Source of the DNA: Eukaryota sp. GEM-RC1
Taxonomy: Eukaryota
Direction of reading: 5' to 3'
NCBI GenBank assembly: GCA_040285855.1
Contig: JAUFOQ010000010.1
Location: 1,612,001-1,676,000, forward strand
DNA: 64,000 nucleotides
Below the pieces are notes generated by a model. It searched no databases. It worked only from the letters and a program-made list of their open reading frames with translations, and was not told the origin of the DNA. Shown here piece by piece: positions 1 to 12,569 of this stretch. How positions within the stretch are numbered: position 1 is the stretch's first letter; each line of letters starts with the position of its first letter. Both the position numbers and the translations under genes were made by a program.

Positions 1-702
1 CCCTCTAGTTCTCCAAAACATAGTCCGGGAAAGAAACGTTGTCAGTGATGCATCCCCAAAGAGCAAATCCCATGGCGACGTGGAGGAAGTGTTTCTCTTA
101 AACAACTTTTGGGCTTTGAGATGCCATTGTTATCCAAAAGCATGTGTTTTCATCTTCAGGTGAACGATGTGTGTGTTATGGTTACATAGAATGACAGAGA
201 AGTTGTTTATTTGAACTGGAAGAAGAGAAGTAACATAAAACTCTAGCTATACCCTGATCTTCTGTTCTTGTAACTTGTCTAGCAGGTTCAGGGACATCAT
301 TGCTTTGAGGGCAAGATCGTCTGTTGTGTCATGTTGCCTTACAAAGTCCGCGGCTCGTCTTTAGTATCAAACACAAACAAGGGAGAAACAGTTGTTAAGG
401 GGGGACAGACATAAAAAAGACAATTACCGAAGAAGCAGAATTAAAGAAGAGGAGGAGGAAGGAAACTCTAAACGTCATCAAAAATTGCAGTGATGGCGGG
501 TACCATAAATCCCATGGTGGGTACCACCAGGGTACCATCTGACACGTGTCTCAATTTGATATTGTTACCTATCCTACATCATGGATCTTTCCTCTACCGA
601 ACTTGCCTCTTGTTTCCCCTCAGGGCCCCAGGTCGCGTTAATGGCCACCACCACCAAGGACAAAATGGATGCCGTTGATTACAATTTCAACCACAGGATT
701 TT

Positions 703-2255
703 GTGTCAACTGGAGTAGAAGAAGCAGATTATGATCTGGCAATGGAACATAGTGATTTTGAAGATTCTAAACCTGATGATGCTGATCAATCGCATCAAAC
801 AAACTGGGAATTAAAAGCCAACATGGAGGATTTGAACGAAGAAGAAGACTATGGTGATCCATTGTTCGAAAAGTTACTCATCTGCTTCGCTCGTTGCCCC
901 CTGTACTTACCTATAACTTCTGTAGAAGCTTTAACAAAATTCGTACCGACTTTCTAGAATTTTTGTTATCAGTGGATCCTGCTGCTTTGAACAATCACAT
1001 CTTCTCAGATCCTCATCTAGGTGGTATTGGTTTTACTTCGTCCAAATGGTGGACTAAATCTGCTTTCATTTGTGGTGGTAATTATTTTGTCTTTGAGTTC
1101 TGTAGACGGTACCCAAGTCAAGAAAATCTTCTTGTTTCGACAAGTAGTTATTTCTTGGTAAATTTGAGAGCAGAATTGTCGCTAATTTCACCTGACCTAT
1201 GTCAAACTTGTTTTCCAGCAGATATTTGTGAAATACCAGAACGATGTGTCACCTCGTTAAAATTTGCTCTGAAGAAATTCCAAAAACACCTTTTAAAACA
1301 TTTTGAATGTTTGGATTTTAAAATTCGACTCGGCTCGGCCAAAGAAAAGAATCCAGCTTTCGCAAATTTTTTAATCGATTTGAAGGACAGTTCTTCAGTT
1401 GCTTTGATTAACCAAATTCCTCAGGGTTTATGGTTTGTTGTTGAATGATCATCAATGGACTACAACATTCAGACTTCGATTTTTCTTGTGGCCTTCTAAT
1501 TCACCCAATGATCTTCAATGCAAATGTGGTAAATTAGTTACTTTTTCTCACCTTTTGAGTTGTAATCGTTTCATTACTTATAGAACTTGTATTCATGATG
1601 CTGTCAGAGATCAAATTCATGCCATGTGTAAGTCCTACAAAATTGAATCTTTTGTTGAGCCACTGTTGAGATCACTGGAAATCAATAATTTAAAAAATAG
1701 TGATTCTGATGAGACTTTTGGTAAAAGAAGAGCTGATCTTATAGTTCCATCATCAATGATGAACTAACCGTTGTTGATGTGATTACTGTGGCTGTTTGCA
1801 AAAAAAGTGCATTCAAGGATGCTAAAAATGAAGTTTCTCCACTGAATTCTTCAGAACAATACAAGAGAAACAAATATGATGAACCATTAACTGCTCTCAA
1901 GCATATTAGATATGTTGAATACAAATTATGTCATTTTGCGATTTCAATTTATGGTCGACTTGGTAGAGATGCTCTTTGTTTTCTCTCTGATTTTGAGAAA
2001 GTGGTCAAAAAAAGAATGAAAAAGAAATTGGATTTCAAATTTTGGTTGAATCGTATTGTTTTTACAATATTTAAAACAATTCCTATCATGATTTCAAAAG
2101 CTCTATTAGCTCTCAGTGTTTTTTATGAAGAAAAAGCTGATGTGAGTTTTAATGGCAATGATTGTTGCTTTAATGATATTGAATTCTATTATTTATGTTT
2201 ATTTTAGTGTTTTTGTTCCATAAAAAGGCGTCTGCTAAAAAAATAAAAAAAAAGA
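703..2255 (+). mobile_element. Degenerate 5'-truncated non-LTR retrotransposon of the restriction-like endonuclease class (CRE/R2-like)
   Basis: Frameshifted ORFs 894-2207 give, in order: PHLGGIG (end of RT thumb), CKCGKLVTFSHLLSC (CCHC), HDAVRD, EP, RADL...DV (PD-(D/E)xK-like), KRNKY and FAISIYGRLG. An A-rich tail follows at ~2237-2255. No RT catalytic core seen. Confidence 0.8.
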
Positions 2256-3230
2256 AAACTGAGAACTTTACATAAACCCACTTGAACGACTCACATAAAA
2301 TTTAAGCCAGCCTACTTGGAAATTCCGACCTGAAAAACGGCAACTTCTTTCCTCCGTAATATTGTTAACACTGTAATGCTATAAAAAACAGAAATGTTGC
2401 TGTTAGGTCAACGGTGATAGAAAAGAAGGGTTTATTGTTAAAAGAGAAATCCTTAAGATTGAGTGACACGTCATCAGATGTGAAGATAACTACTACAGTA
2501 GGTATCGCTATCTTCACAAACACTAGATCTTCTCAGCTTTTTTATAGGGCTTTTATAACAGTTATCGTCAACATTACATGTTGGTTGATCTATAATGGCT
2601 GTATAAGACCGTTCATTGACTTTGTGAGAACCTGAAACAGGTTCATAAATAATGTCTCCTGTTATGAAACGAACAAAGCAGGACTCTGACGACACCTTCT
2701 TGGAATATCCTGAAAATTGTTTTGAAGGATGTACTGAAGAAGGAAGTACCCAAACTTTTCAAAAACTTCTTTAGAGGGATTCGTTGAATTAACGTTGTAC
2801 TTCTATTATGGTGTTGATAAAAGTGCCCGTGATTTTTTAAAATTGAAGACATTACCTTTTATTTTCGTCAAGACATTGAAGTCAAAAGTCCTCGAGGTAG
2901 CAAGAAGGTACAACAACTTCAGCATATTACAGTGGATGAATTTGTTTGTTTTGTTAGAAGTCATTTTCTAGACGCAGCACAAAAGCAACAAATTCAGTTG
3001 TTTAATTATGAAAATCTGCTAATTTCTAAGAAGTCTACTTCAGATACTAGGGACTGGAAACTGCTAAAGGATGCTCAATTAAGAACCTGGCTTAACAACG
3101 GAATAGAATGGTTGATTTTCAAGTGGCTGTGAAACTGGTACTACTATTGTCTATTTTCCGGATTTGCCTTAATTCTACTGTTCCCCACCATGCTTCCCCA
3201 AATAATATATAATATAGCCTTCTTCTGAGG

Positions 3231-3575
3231 ATGAAGGTGAATCTTACAGCAGAAACTCTTTCCATCATTCTCGATGAACCCTCCCTTTGTAACCAAACCA
3301 TTACATTTAATGAAGAATCCATTGAAGTCAATAAATATGTCCTTGCTGCTCATTCTACGTACTTCCGATCCCTCTGGTTCTTAGAGTTTGGGGATAAACT
3401 CGCGAACCCCATCGACTTCTCACATCTCCCTGTTGATTCTAACAACTTCTTCGCTTTCCTCAAGTCCTTCTTCGGAAAGTCATTCACCCTCAACGAGAGC
3501 AACGCTTATGATTTCTACTATCTCGTCCACTACTTCCAAGTAAACAAACTGATTTACCACATTAGAAGATCACCT
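3231..3575 (+). pseudogene. BTB/POZ domain gene fragment
   Basis: VNKYVLAAHSTYFRSLW...NFFAFLKSFFG...LVHYFQVNKL is a typical BTB profile; the reading degenerates after ~3560. Confidence 0.75.
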
Positions 3576-3939
3576 AAACACTCATCTCGTGACCTTTACA
3601 TGACTGTAGCAAGCCCACACCAGCCTTGGGTTGGCTATATCATTGAGACCCTTATGGATTGCTTATTTTTGCTGATATCAGCACAATCTTTTCGAGCTCT
3701 AAGACATGCTGCCAGAAAGTTTATGATTGCAGTTTCTGGAAAATCACAAACATCAGAGAGACAAGGATCATGTATTTCGTGATTGCCTGTCAATGCCTCA
3801 TAGTTGCAAGTTTTACTATTGATCACGATTTAAAGACTATTCCTTTCAATTATTAGAACGATTTTTGACTTACTTGAGAAACTGTTTCAGTAATTTAATT
3901 CATTTAGAAAACTGTTCCTTCTGATACTCCTTCTCTTTT

Positions 3940-4050
3940 CTCACTGTTGAATATGCCAAGAAGCTCTACCAAGGTGTAAGCTATCTCCACAGTAAGTCAG
4001 TTGTCCATGGAGATCTCAAGCCAGGAAATGTGGTGATTGTTGATGATAGA
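3940..4050 (+). pseudogene. Ser/Thr protein kinase fragment (subdomains VIa-VIb only)
   Basis: Manual translation from 3961: KLYQGVSYLHSKSVVHGDLKPGNVVIVDD (HxDLKPxN catalytic loop). No DFG follows. Confidence 0.75.
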
Positions 4051-4174
4051 TATGATGTTGTTCTTCAGCTATGCAATATATACACTATGATCCCAAAGTT
4101 GAATGTAAGTACTGTCAATTTGTCCTCAATGCCCATTAATTGTTTTACTTGGGTACCAAGTGATCAAGACAATT

Positions 4175-6010
4175 ACCTTGATTATTGAAATTTTGTACAC
4201 CAAGAATAGCTAAAAAATTGACTAACAATTTTGAAAATGCAATTTTGAATATGAAATTCTGAGTAGTGAAAATTCCTTCCTCCACTGAATAGAACTACAC
4301 ATATTATAATAATCAATACAATGTAAAGAAACGCGTCAAAAATGAATCTTTTGATTAAATCCAAACGAGATAACAAATCTAAGTTCATCTTTCATTGAAA
4401 TCGTCTTAACCAATATCCATGAGAAACACGCGTGTTGTTGTCCTTGTAATGCTAGATCTACACGTAAGTCTGAGAAGTTTACCTTCTGATTCAATGATGA
4501 CGTGATCATGAGGTTATTACTAGCACTGAAAACTCCCAGAGTAAGTAGAAGATTTGTTACCATATATAAATGGTAACGGCTAAAGTCATAAAGCACGTCA
4601 TCTTTTGACCCTAGAAGTAGTACTTGATGATCGTTGACAATGAAAGACAGAAGAAAAAGACATTAAAACAAGTCATGACGAGGACCAATAGACTCTGAAG
4701 AAAGATAGGTAGGAGAACCAAGGAAAGTAATAGTATTACTTCCACAAGTACACGCAAAGATCGATGACGTGTCATTTGGATTTGATGACGTGTCACTTAG
4801 GGTACTGGGTAACCACATTCACCACTAGTGAGTAATCTAATAGTAAGCACCGAGAAGTAGAATAGATCTAGTATTGGAAGAGAGAAGAAGTGAATTAGTT
4901 GGAGTGAAGAACTAGAGAGATGAAGGGGTGGTAGGTTCCTGAAAACTTCTGATCTTTTGGGGAGTGTTAATATTCCTTAGTGTTTCTGAGAGATTGTGTA
5001 GGAGAAGTGAAGTGGGATTTAGCTTCAGCGTTTGAGCAAGAGGGATCGAATTGGCTTCTGTTTTGAACAGCAGTGCGGTGTATAAAGTAATTCATCTCGT
5101 TCTCTTGCAAGGATCTAGTTGGAGGAAAAGAATGACGTGACTTCTCTGTCCTTGAGGGGGGAGGGAGATGGCGATCGATGTAATGCTCATAAGGAAGTAA
5201 AGATCGACGAGAAGCAGGAATTGAAACAGAATAAGCTCCGCTAAGAGAGAGTACGCAGTTGATCCAGTAGTGGAAACCAAGGGAAGCAATAAGTTACCGG
5301 AAGAACATGATTGTCTAGAACTCGAGGGCGTTTAGAAGGAGGTCTTTTGACATTATGTAGTCGTGTTGGAAGTGATAGTAGAGAGTTCAAAAAAACTATA
5401 TCATTTCCTACTCGGAATTCTGCTCTCCTGAGGTTGTCCTCAACCAGTCTCATGTCTCCTACTACTGCTTGGCAGTTCTTCTATTGGAAATTAAGGTCCT
5501 TTTCGACTTTTGTTTCTCTATTGACGCCTTGTGCTATCGGTATGGGCCTATAAGTGATTTCTGTCTACTTGATTCAAATGATTCATCCCTTGAACAAGAT
5601 CATATTCTAGTAACTGCCTTTCACAGGTTTATTCAGTTGTTCCTCTGGTTTGTCATCATCCTTCAATGATTCTTTACTAACACGTACTAACGCTTCACCG
5701 ACTTTGTTACACTCAAAGTACTCGTACAACTTAAGAACTTGCACAATTCATCCTTCAAATTTCATCATATCACTGCTCTATACTTCTACTCTGTCATTTT
5801 GCTCTCAGTGGTACTTCATTCTTTCTTCACTTACAGTATTTTTTGATTAGTTAGTGGTTATTGTGTTAGTAATTCGATGTTCTACCAACTTCTCTTTTGT
5901 CTACTTCAACTTTGTGTCATCAAGTTGTACTGATTCTCAGTACAACCATTCATTGAACAGTATTCTATTCTATGATGAAAGCTAATTTTCATCATTTCAT
6001 TGAATTTGAA
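4175..6010 (-). repeat. Dispersed ~1.8-kb repeat family R, copy 1 (inverted)
   Basis: Reverse complement aligns by eye with 8365-9738 and 25315-27128, e.g. gtagttctattcagtggaggaaggaattttcactactcagaatttcatattcaaa and cctccttctaaacgccct. Confidence 0.85.
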
Positions 6011-6298
6011 TTCAATATGACTGGAATTCGACTTGTCATTTGACCCGTCGTGACGGCTTCACATAGTCGTTCAAATTTTACTGTATTATTAAAAAGGATG
6101 CCTTGCTTTTAGATGTTCTCACAAAGTTTTAGACAGACGAATAATCCAGCTTTCAGGGAATGATCTTGTTGTTTGTCTACTGATGCCGGTTTTGCGGCAG
6201 TTTTGAAGAAGGCAGTAAACCTTGTTTAGAGAGAGAAAAAATCTAAGAGAAAAATAGCTACATATACATTTCAGAAATAGACTACTGTAATACTAACA

Positions 6299-6680
6299 TT
6301 TATCTTCCTTCTTTTAAGCTTTTCAAAGCTTAGTGAAGAACGAGTGTTACCGGTTAGTGAGAGAAATGAGAATCATACCAGGCAGCCGTCTTCATGGTGC
6401 CTTTGAGTGGTTCTACAGAGGTTGAACCATCGATCCAACGTACAACAGCAGTTTAAGTAGTGAGGTTTACATCGATTATATCCTCTAGGATAGATTCGTA
6501 ATGGTCTGGACTGGAGTAGAAAGGTCTCAAAAGCTTGCTGGAGATTTGCAACTCATTACCACTAACGAGGTTGAGGATTTTTACCTTGCTGGTGGTTACT
6601 TTGAATGGACCAAGCCAAGATCCATGGCGTCGTTGAAGGACTAAGTCTCATACTTGGAAGGACTTCTTTGTTGATGAACC
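6299..6680 (-). mobile_element. Ty3/Gypsy integrase C-terminus (GPY/F motif, chromodomain-like tail) with polypurine tract
   Basis: Minus-strand translation FQV*DLVLQRRHGSWLGPFKV...VVRWIDGSTSVEPL. It is followed by purine-rich aaaagaaggaagataaa and then TGTTAG, a possible LTR start at 6298. Confidence 0.65.
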
Positions 6681-6688
6681 CTTAACCC

Positions 6689-7934
6689 TAATGCCGAAAG
6701 GCACTGAGAATCAAGAAGACAAGATTTGTAAAGAAGATACTGACAACTCTACAATACATCCACAACATCACTCTTTCTCCAATTCTTTCAAGTGTTCTAG
6801 GTGGTTGGTGTATCTTAACATAATGATACGATGGGCTTTGAGCTTTGGCGGCCACATAAAGGCAATATGTCCCTTTTCTCCGTAATTGAAGCACAACTTT
6901 TTAGACAAAGTTTCTACATGGCTTTCTTTGTCCGTGAGTTTGGTCATGAGAGACTGGGTGCTATGGTGGTTCGTTATGATGCGAGAAGAAGGTTTGTTGG
7001 TCGTACGGTACCCATCAAGTCGTTCGAAAGCGCTGCATTCATCAATTACCTCTTGTAGCAGAATAGTCATTGAGAGGATGGAACCGGCTTTAATGCGTTC
7101 TACGAAGTCTTCGGCAATCCTGGTGGGACGAACCTTTTCGGCAAATTGATTCAACCATCATGTGATGTCAGGGTTGAGGTGGCTCTCTTCCTCAATCTTT
7201 GAAATTTTATAATTTATTAAAATCTGGCGTATCTACCATTTCACAGTTGGAAGACAGTCGACTGCGAGACTTCCAGTGGTTTACACGTTCAAAGTCAGTC
7301 AGATCTTCGATAGTAACTTCGAGGAGTTCGGACCAGGAGCTGAAATAGCCACCAGCTACACGAGTTTTGAGAGATTCGGAGAGACCTTTGGGCAAAACAC
7401 CCTTAACAAATCTGGACAATATGGCTTTTTCTGTCAGCTCATATTTCTTTGCTCGTCGTTTGACAGCAACTACTTGTTTTGATCCAACACTCGGGCTCGG
7501 GGATTTGTGATAGTAGAATCCATTTTCAGCTGGAGGAAAGCGTCATAGATTTCTTCAATGGAGGCATATTCACATGAAGATTCTAGAAACTTCCTCAGTA
7601 CTTCGTCACTCTTGCTGACATCCGAGATGGAAAAGGGGATGAACTCCAATAAGTCATCTTCAACACAATTCCACAGAGTGAGTCTTGTACCACCAGTTGC
7701 GACATTATCACAAGCAGAGTGTTCCAGCAGGAACCTGCTAATACTCTCCACTGTTGTGACTGTCAGCCTTGATATAGTTCTTTGACACGTTGATTTAACG
7801 GTCATTATTCTAGGATTTGTATAGTTCATAAAACAGATTACCAGTTTGGGCCAATAATTATTGATACCGAAAGGCACTGAAAAACAAGAAGAGAAGATTT
7901 ATATAGAAGATAATTATACTATACATCCACAACA
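6689..7934 (-). mobile_element. Small gag-only LTR retroelement with ~75-bp LTRs
   Basis: Direct repeats at 7862-7934 and 6689-6767 (minus strand TGTTGTGGATG...GGTATCA). A polypurine tract gaaagaattggagaaagag lies just before the 3' repeat. Gag-like ORF pieces contain a decayed knuckle CFNYGEKGHIAFMWP. No TSD found. Confidence 0.7.
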
Positions 7935-8364
7935 TTTTGGACATTGAGGATTTTTAAAAGATGTGCTGGCTCGTCCAATGACGGGTTGATAAGAAATTTT
8001 CCAACGCTGGCTGGATGAGGGTGTAAATTATGTCGAATGATATTACATTATCCGAAGTACGAATATTCATGTCTAGGTTAGCAAACCGTTTTCATCTTCA
8101 CCAAGAATATAGTTAGTGTGGTTTTCATATGATTAGTAAAATTAAAAGAAAAAGTACCCAATCAATTTTCTCCTAGTTAGAAAAAAGATCCACTTATCTA
8201 ACATGCACCAAATATATGGTATATTCTTGTTCTTGTTCAATAGATAAAGCATTTTAATCAAGTAGACGTACATTAGAAGTCGAAGTTCAAACTGATAGCT
8301 CATGGTATCAATAAAGAATCAAAAGTCACAGCATACATTAATTTCCGACAGAAATATTTCCAAG

Positions 8365-9738
8365 CAGTAGTAGGAAACACGATGATGTATGAGGAGACGG
8401 AGAACCTCAGGAGAGGCACTCAAAGTGGTCCACTTTGAATGGTCTTGAATCTCAGACTTAGTCATCAAGACTCTTGATGACTAAGTCTGAGATCCACTTT
8501 GAGACCAAACTCTCTTCTAGAACATACTAATGTCAAAAACCCTCCTTCTAAACGCCCTACGGTTCTAGATAATCGTGTTCTTACAATATCTTGTTGCTTC
8601 CCTAAGTTGCCACCACTGGACCAACTCCGTACTCTCTCTCCCAGCGGAGCTTGTGTTGTTTCCAATCCTGCTTCTCGTCGATCTTTCCTTCGATATGAGC
8701 ATTACATCGATCGCTGTCTTCCTCCCCCCTCAAGGAGAAGGAAATCACGTCATCCCTTTCCTCCAACTAGGATCTTGAAATAGAAGGAGATGAATGACTT
8801 TATACACCGCACTGCTGTTCAAAACAGGAGAGAGTTCGATCGCTCTTCCTCAAACGTTGAAGCTAAATCCCACTTCACTTCTCCTACACAATCTCTCAGA
8901 AACACTAAGGAATACCAACACTCCCCAAAGTTCAGAAGTTTTCTGAATCCTACCAAGCTTTCATCTCTCTAGTTCTTCACTCCAATTATCTACTTTTTCT
9001 CTCTTCCAACATTAAATCTATTCTACTTCTCTGTACTTACTATTGGCTTCTACTCACTAGTGGTGAAACTAGTTACTCCTCAGTAAGTCCTCCCTAAGTG
9101 ACACGTCATCGATGTTAGGTGACACGTCATCGATGTTAGCTGGTACTGTCAGTAGTACGACTTTTACTTTCTTTGGTACTCGTTCCTATCTTTCTTGATA
9201 GTCCATTGATCTTTAACATGTCTCACTTCAATGTCTTTTTCTTCTGTCTTTCATTGCCAACTACCACTTCCAGCATTCAAAGGTGACGTGCTTACTGACC
9301 TTTGCAAACGTCATAATCTATATATACTAGTTTCCAGTGATATTACTAACCCCATGATCACGTCATCATTGAATCAGTAGATAAACTTCTCAGACTTGAA
9401 GATCTAGCATTACAAGGTCTGCAACACGCGTGTTTCAACAGAAGATGACGTGATTTGTCCGTCTTTGAGTGGTTGAGAGTTGTGAAACAAGTTGAACTGA
9501 TCTTTGTCGAAAAAAAGTTAATAATTTTTAAATTAGTAGTTCAAGCAGTCAGTTTAAGTTCAGTGGTTTTTATTTTTTAAAATTTATCTATTATTGTGAT
9601 ATGTGTAGTTCTACTCAGTGGAGGAAGGAATTTTCACTACTCAGAATTTCATATTCAAACACTTTGTCTATTTTTCAATTTGTGGTCAACTAATTGTAGC
9701 TATCATTGGTCACAGAAAATTACAATAATCAAGATAAC
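8365..9738 (+). repeat. Repeat family R, copy 2 (5'-shortened)
   Basis: Colinear similarity to 25900-27128 and inverted similarity to 4175-5450; shared 3' end cacagaaaatta...aatcaagata. Confidence 0.85.
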
Positions 9739-10399
9739 AAGTACCGTTTAGAGTTGAGGCTGTAATCGCATCAGGGACAGGAGAGGCAGCAGCAAAAGCA
9801 ACACTGAAATCTTGTACCATATTCTAAGAAACTGTTTTTACATGCAATTAAATCAGAATAAGTTGGATTGATGTTGAAAAATTAAATGTCATATGTTTTA
9901 ATGGGATGTGAATGCATGGTAGCAAGAAGCATTCTTAAAACCCCCCGCATACTTTTGTAATTCAAGTTGAGATAATATCTCTCTAAGAAGTGACCACACA
10001 TTCCTTTTTGTAACAACTACACAAGCAAGAATTAGTTCAGTACGTTTGAGAGGACGTCTTAGCAAGTGAAGATGGATAAGAATCAACAAAGTCTGCTGAA
10101 CATGGACACGTTTAGAGGGAGGATGTGTGGATGAAGACAATACTGACAGTTCATCAAAGTTAGACATCACAGAGGAGATACTGGAAGGGGTGAACGACTT
10201 CTTTTGAACAAATATTTAGTACGAGGCGCAATCATTGATGACGAAGAAATTTTACACAAAGGAAACCCATGAGAACGTTTTTGAAGCTGTTCATCTGCTA
10301 AGTCCTTTGTCAAATCAGAAGGATACAAGAGAACTAAGGGAGGAAGAGAAAGTTTAGTAATACCAGACGTTTCTTCAATTTCATCACTCACCGTTTTTT

Positions 10400-10990
10400 T
10401 CTAGGGTCTTTTACAATGAACGTTTGTATCCAATTGTATCCAATTGGCGAAATAAACGCGAGATGCTGAAATTAGAAGAGTTCCATAAAACCTCTCAACA
10501 AATTTAGAAGCCCTCCTCAGCCCTCCTGTGATTCCAATTTAGTTTTATAGCGAATATTTGAAATATCTTTTGCTGTTAATAAAACTGCTTCATTATTGGT
10601 TCTTGCTTCTTTATCTGAGTTGCAACAGTATTTTTTTCGGAGTAGAGCCGAGCACACATGATTCTTTCAATTTGATTGGGTGATACAACTCTATGAACAG
10701 AAACAGAAGTTTTACCAGCTGCTAGCATATGGTTGTGTACTACATTTCTGGATTCAACCTTCCAAAGGTCGTCGTTTTTCTGGAGTTTAAGGTACAGCTT
10801 AAAAGCACATTGCGTAACTCTTGTCTTTGAACGTCGTCGTGCAATGTCATTGTTCTCATAAACTCGATCAGGTCTATGGACAGAAGCATAGGAGCATAAA
10901 AGATAAACACGTCCACGGCATTCATTACCACCATCGCTACGGAGAGAGAAACCACTATCACCGGCCCACTTTTGCAGAGAGTTCACAGCA
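10400..10990 (-). mobile_element. MULE/Mutator transposase remnant (FAR1-type DNA-binding domain)
   Basis: WAGDSGFSLRS...LCS...RRSKTRVTQCAFKLYLK...WKVESRNVVHNH matches the FAR1/WRKY-GCM1 zinc ribbon (C..C..HNH). The DDE core was not seen. Confidence 0.7.
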
Positions 10991-11399
10991 TCTTCCTAGG
11001 ATTCAAAAGACATCAAATTACATGGAACCGGTGTTGTTGGATTGATTGTAGGGTCCTCCTTATTTAAGACGGTATTTTGGTTTAAGCTCATATTTATGAA
11101 TAATAAAGAGAGATAATTGAAGGTCAATAGTAGAATCACCAGGAGATTCTTTTTCAACGTAAAGTTCATTGAAAAATTCATCTCCAAGTACAGACAATTT
11201 GAAAACTGCAGTAGTAGCATCTTCAGGATAAAAAGAAGGAACCATTACCATTACATTAGAGAAATACATTGGAGTAATATCCTTTTTTTATACGACCTTC
11301 TTTTTTCTATTAAATTTCAAAAAAATGATGTTTTGATATTACTCATCAGAATTAAAGATAAGAAATACAGATAATTTAGTATTAGATAACAATCCTCTA

Positions 11400-11785
11400 C
11401 ATTTCTGATAACAATGTACCTCTTAATAATATAAACGAAATTTTTGCAGTAGGTCTACCAAAATCAGAACGAATGCCGGTTAATTGTGAACTTTGCATGA
11501 ACATTTCTAATTGTATCACAAATATATTCAGTTTTATCAATATTTAAATGTAGAAGAGTGCAATTTATTCCGTCGAATAACAATCATAATCCTACTGACT
11601 CTGGATTTTGTGTTCTCGAATATATTCGAATTTTGTTTGATAGCTTTGATCCTAATGTCGTCATAGGTTGGACTGCTGTTAATAATGTATTAAGCAGCAT
11701 TACTGTTAATATTTCATTGGCTCGCAGTACAATTTTGTTCTGCTTGTGTTTCCATAAACGACGAAGGTATCTGTTCCAATCCTGA
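11400..11785 (+). pseudogene. Ulp1/C48-like protease domain remnant, copy 1
   Basis: FIPSNNNHNPTDSGFCVLEYI, paralogous to 13190-13360. Confidence 0.5.
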
Positions 11786-12569
11786 TTGGGTAAAAGTCAC
11801 TGATCCTCATTGGAAGAAGAAGTTACAGAAGGAAGAGAAAGAATTAAAAAGGAAATTATGGATCATAATCAATTAGATCAAAATGAAAATCGAGATTTTA
11901 CCGAAGAATGAACCAGCCAGTTGCCATTCTTGAAAGAAATATTGAAGAACAACAAACTGTAAATAATTTTGAATCTTTTTCTGGAACTGTTGAATTGTCA
12001 CATTCACCCGCCCATGACACATGCAAATTCAAGACCAGAGAGCCAGCTGGTACTCCTCCTCAAAAAAGATGAAAAAGTAGTGTTAGTAATTGAACAGTAC
12101 CCTTAATAAACTTAACGGAACGAATTCAAAAGTGCTCTCACAAAAAAGTCACAGAAGGGTTCCGTCCCCTCATCACTCCCCCAAAGTTGATGCCTCGTCG
12201 ACTCCACGTGCTCAGGATTCTGTTCCTCATGTTGGTGTACAGTCCGTAGATGCTCACATCACTCCCACCGTGGACCCTGATGTAGTAGATCTATGTGATT
12301 GTGACGAAATTTTCAGTGGTGTAAAAAAAAACAAATAAATGGATGGGAAAAGATGTAGTTGATTATACTTCACCAACACAACAAGTTGTTTCTGAAAGCC
12401 ACGAATGGATGAAATTTATTAAATAAAAAATAAAATTTATATTTAATAAATGCGCTTAACACTATTTACCAAGTATTCTAATTCTTTCCGTCTCTGATTA
12501 TAAATATCAGAAATAGATTTATTATTTAAACTTGTAAAGATAGCTACGTCGCGAAATCTCAGACTCCAA

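Noticed and set aside
4175..6010. Repeat R as a Helitron
   Set aside because: A terminal hairpin exists, but no conserved 5'-TC or 3'-CTRR ends were found.
6677..6691. Telomere-like aacccttaacccta beside an LTR
   Set aside because: Only two imperfect units; too short to distinguish from chance.
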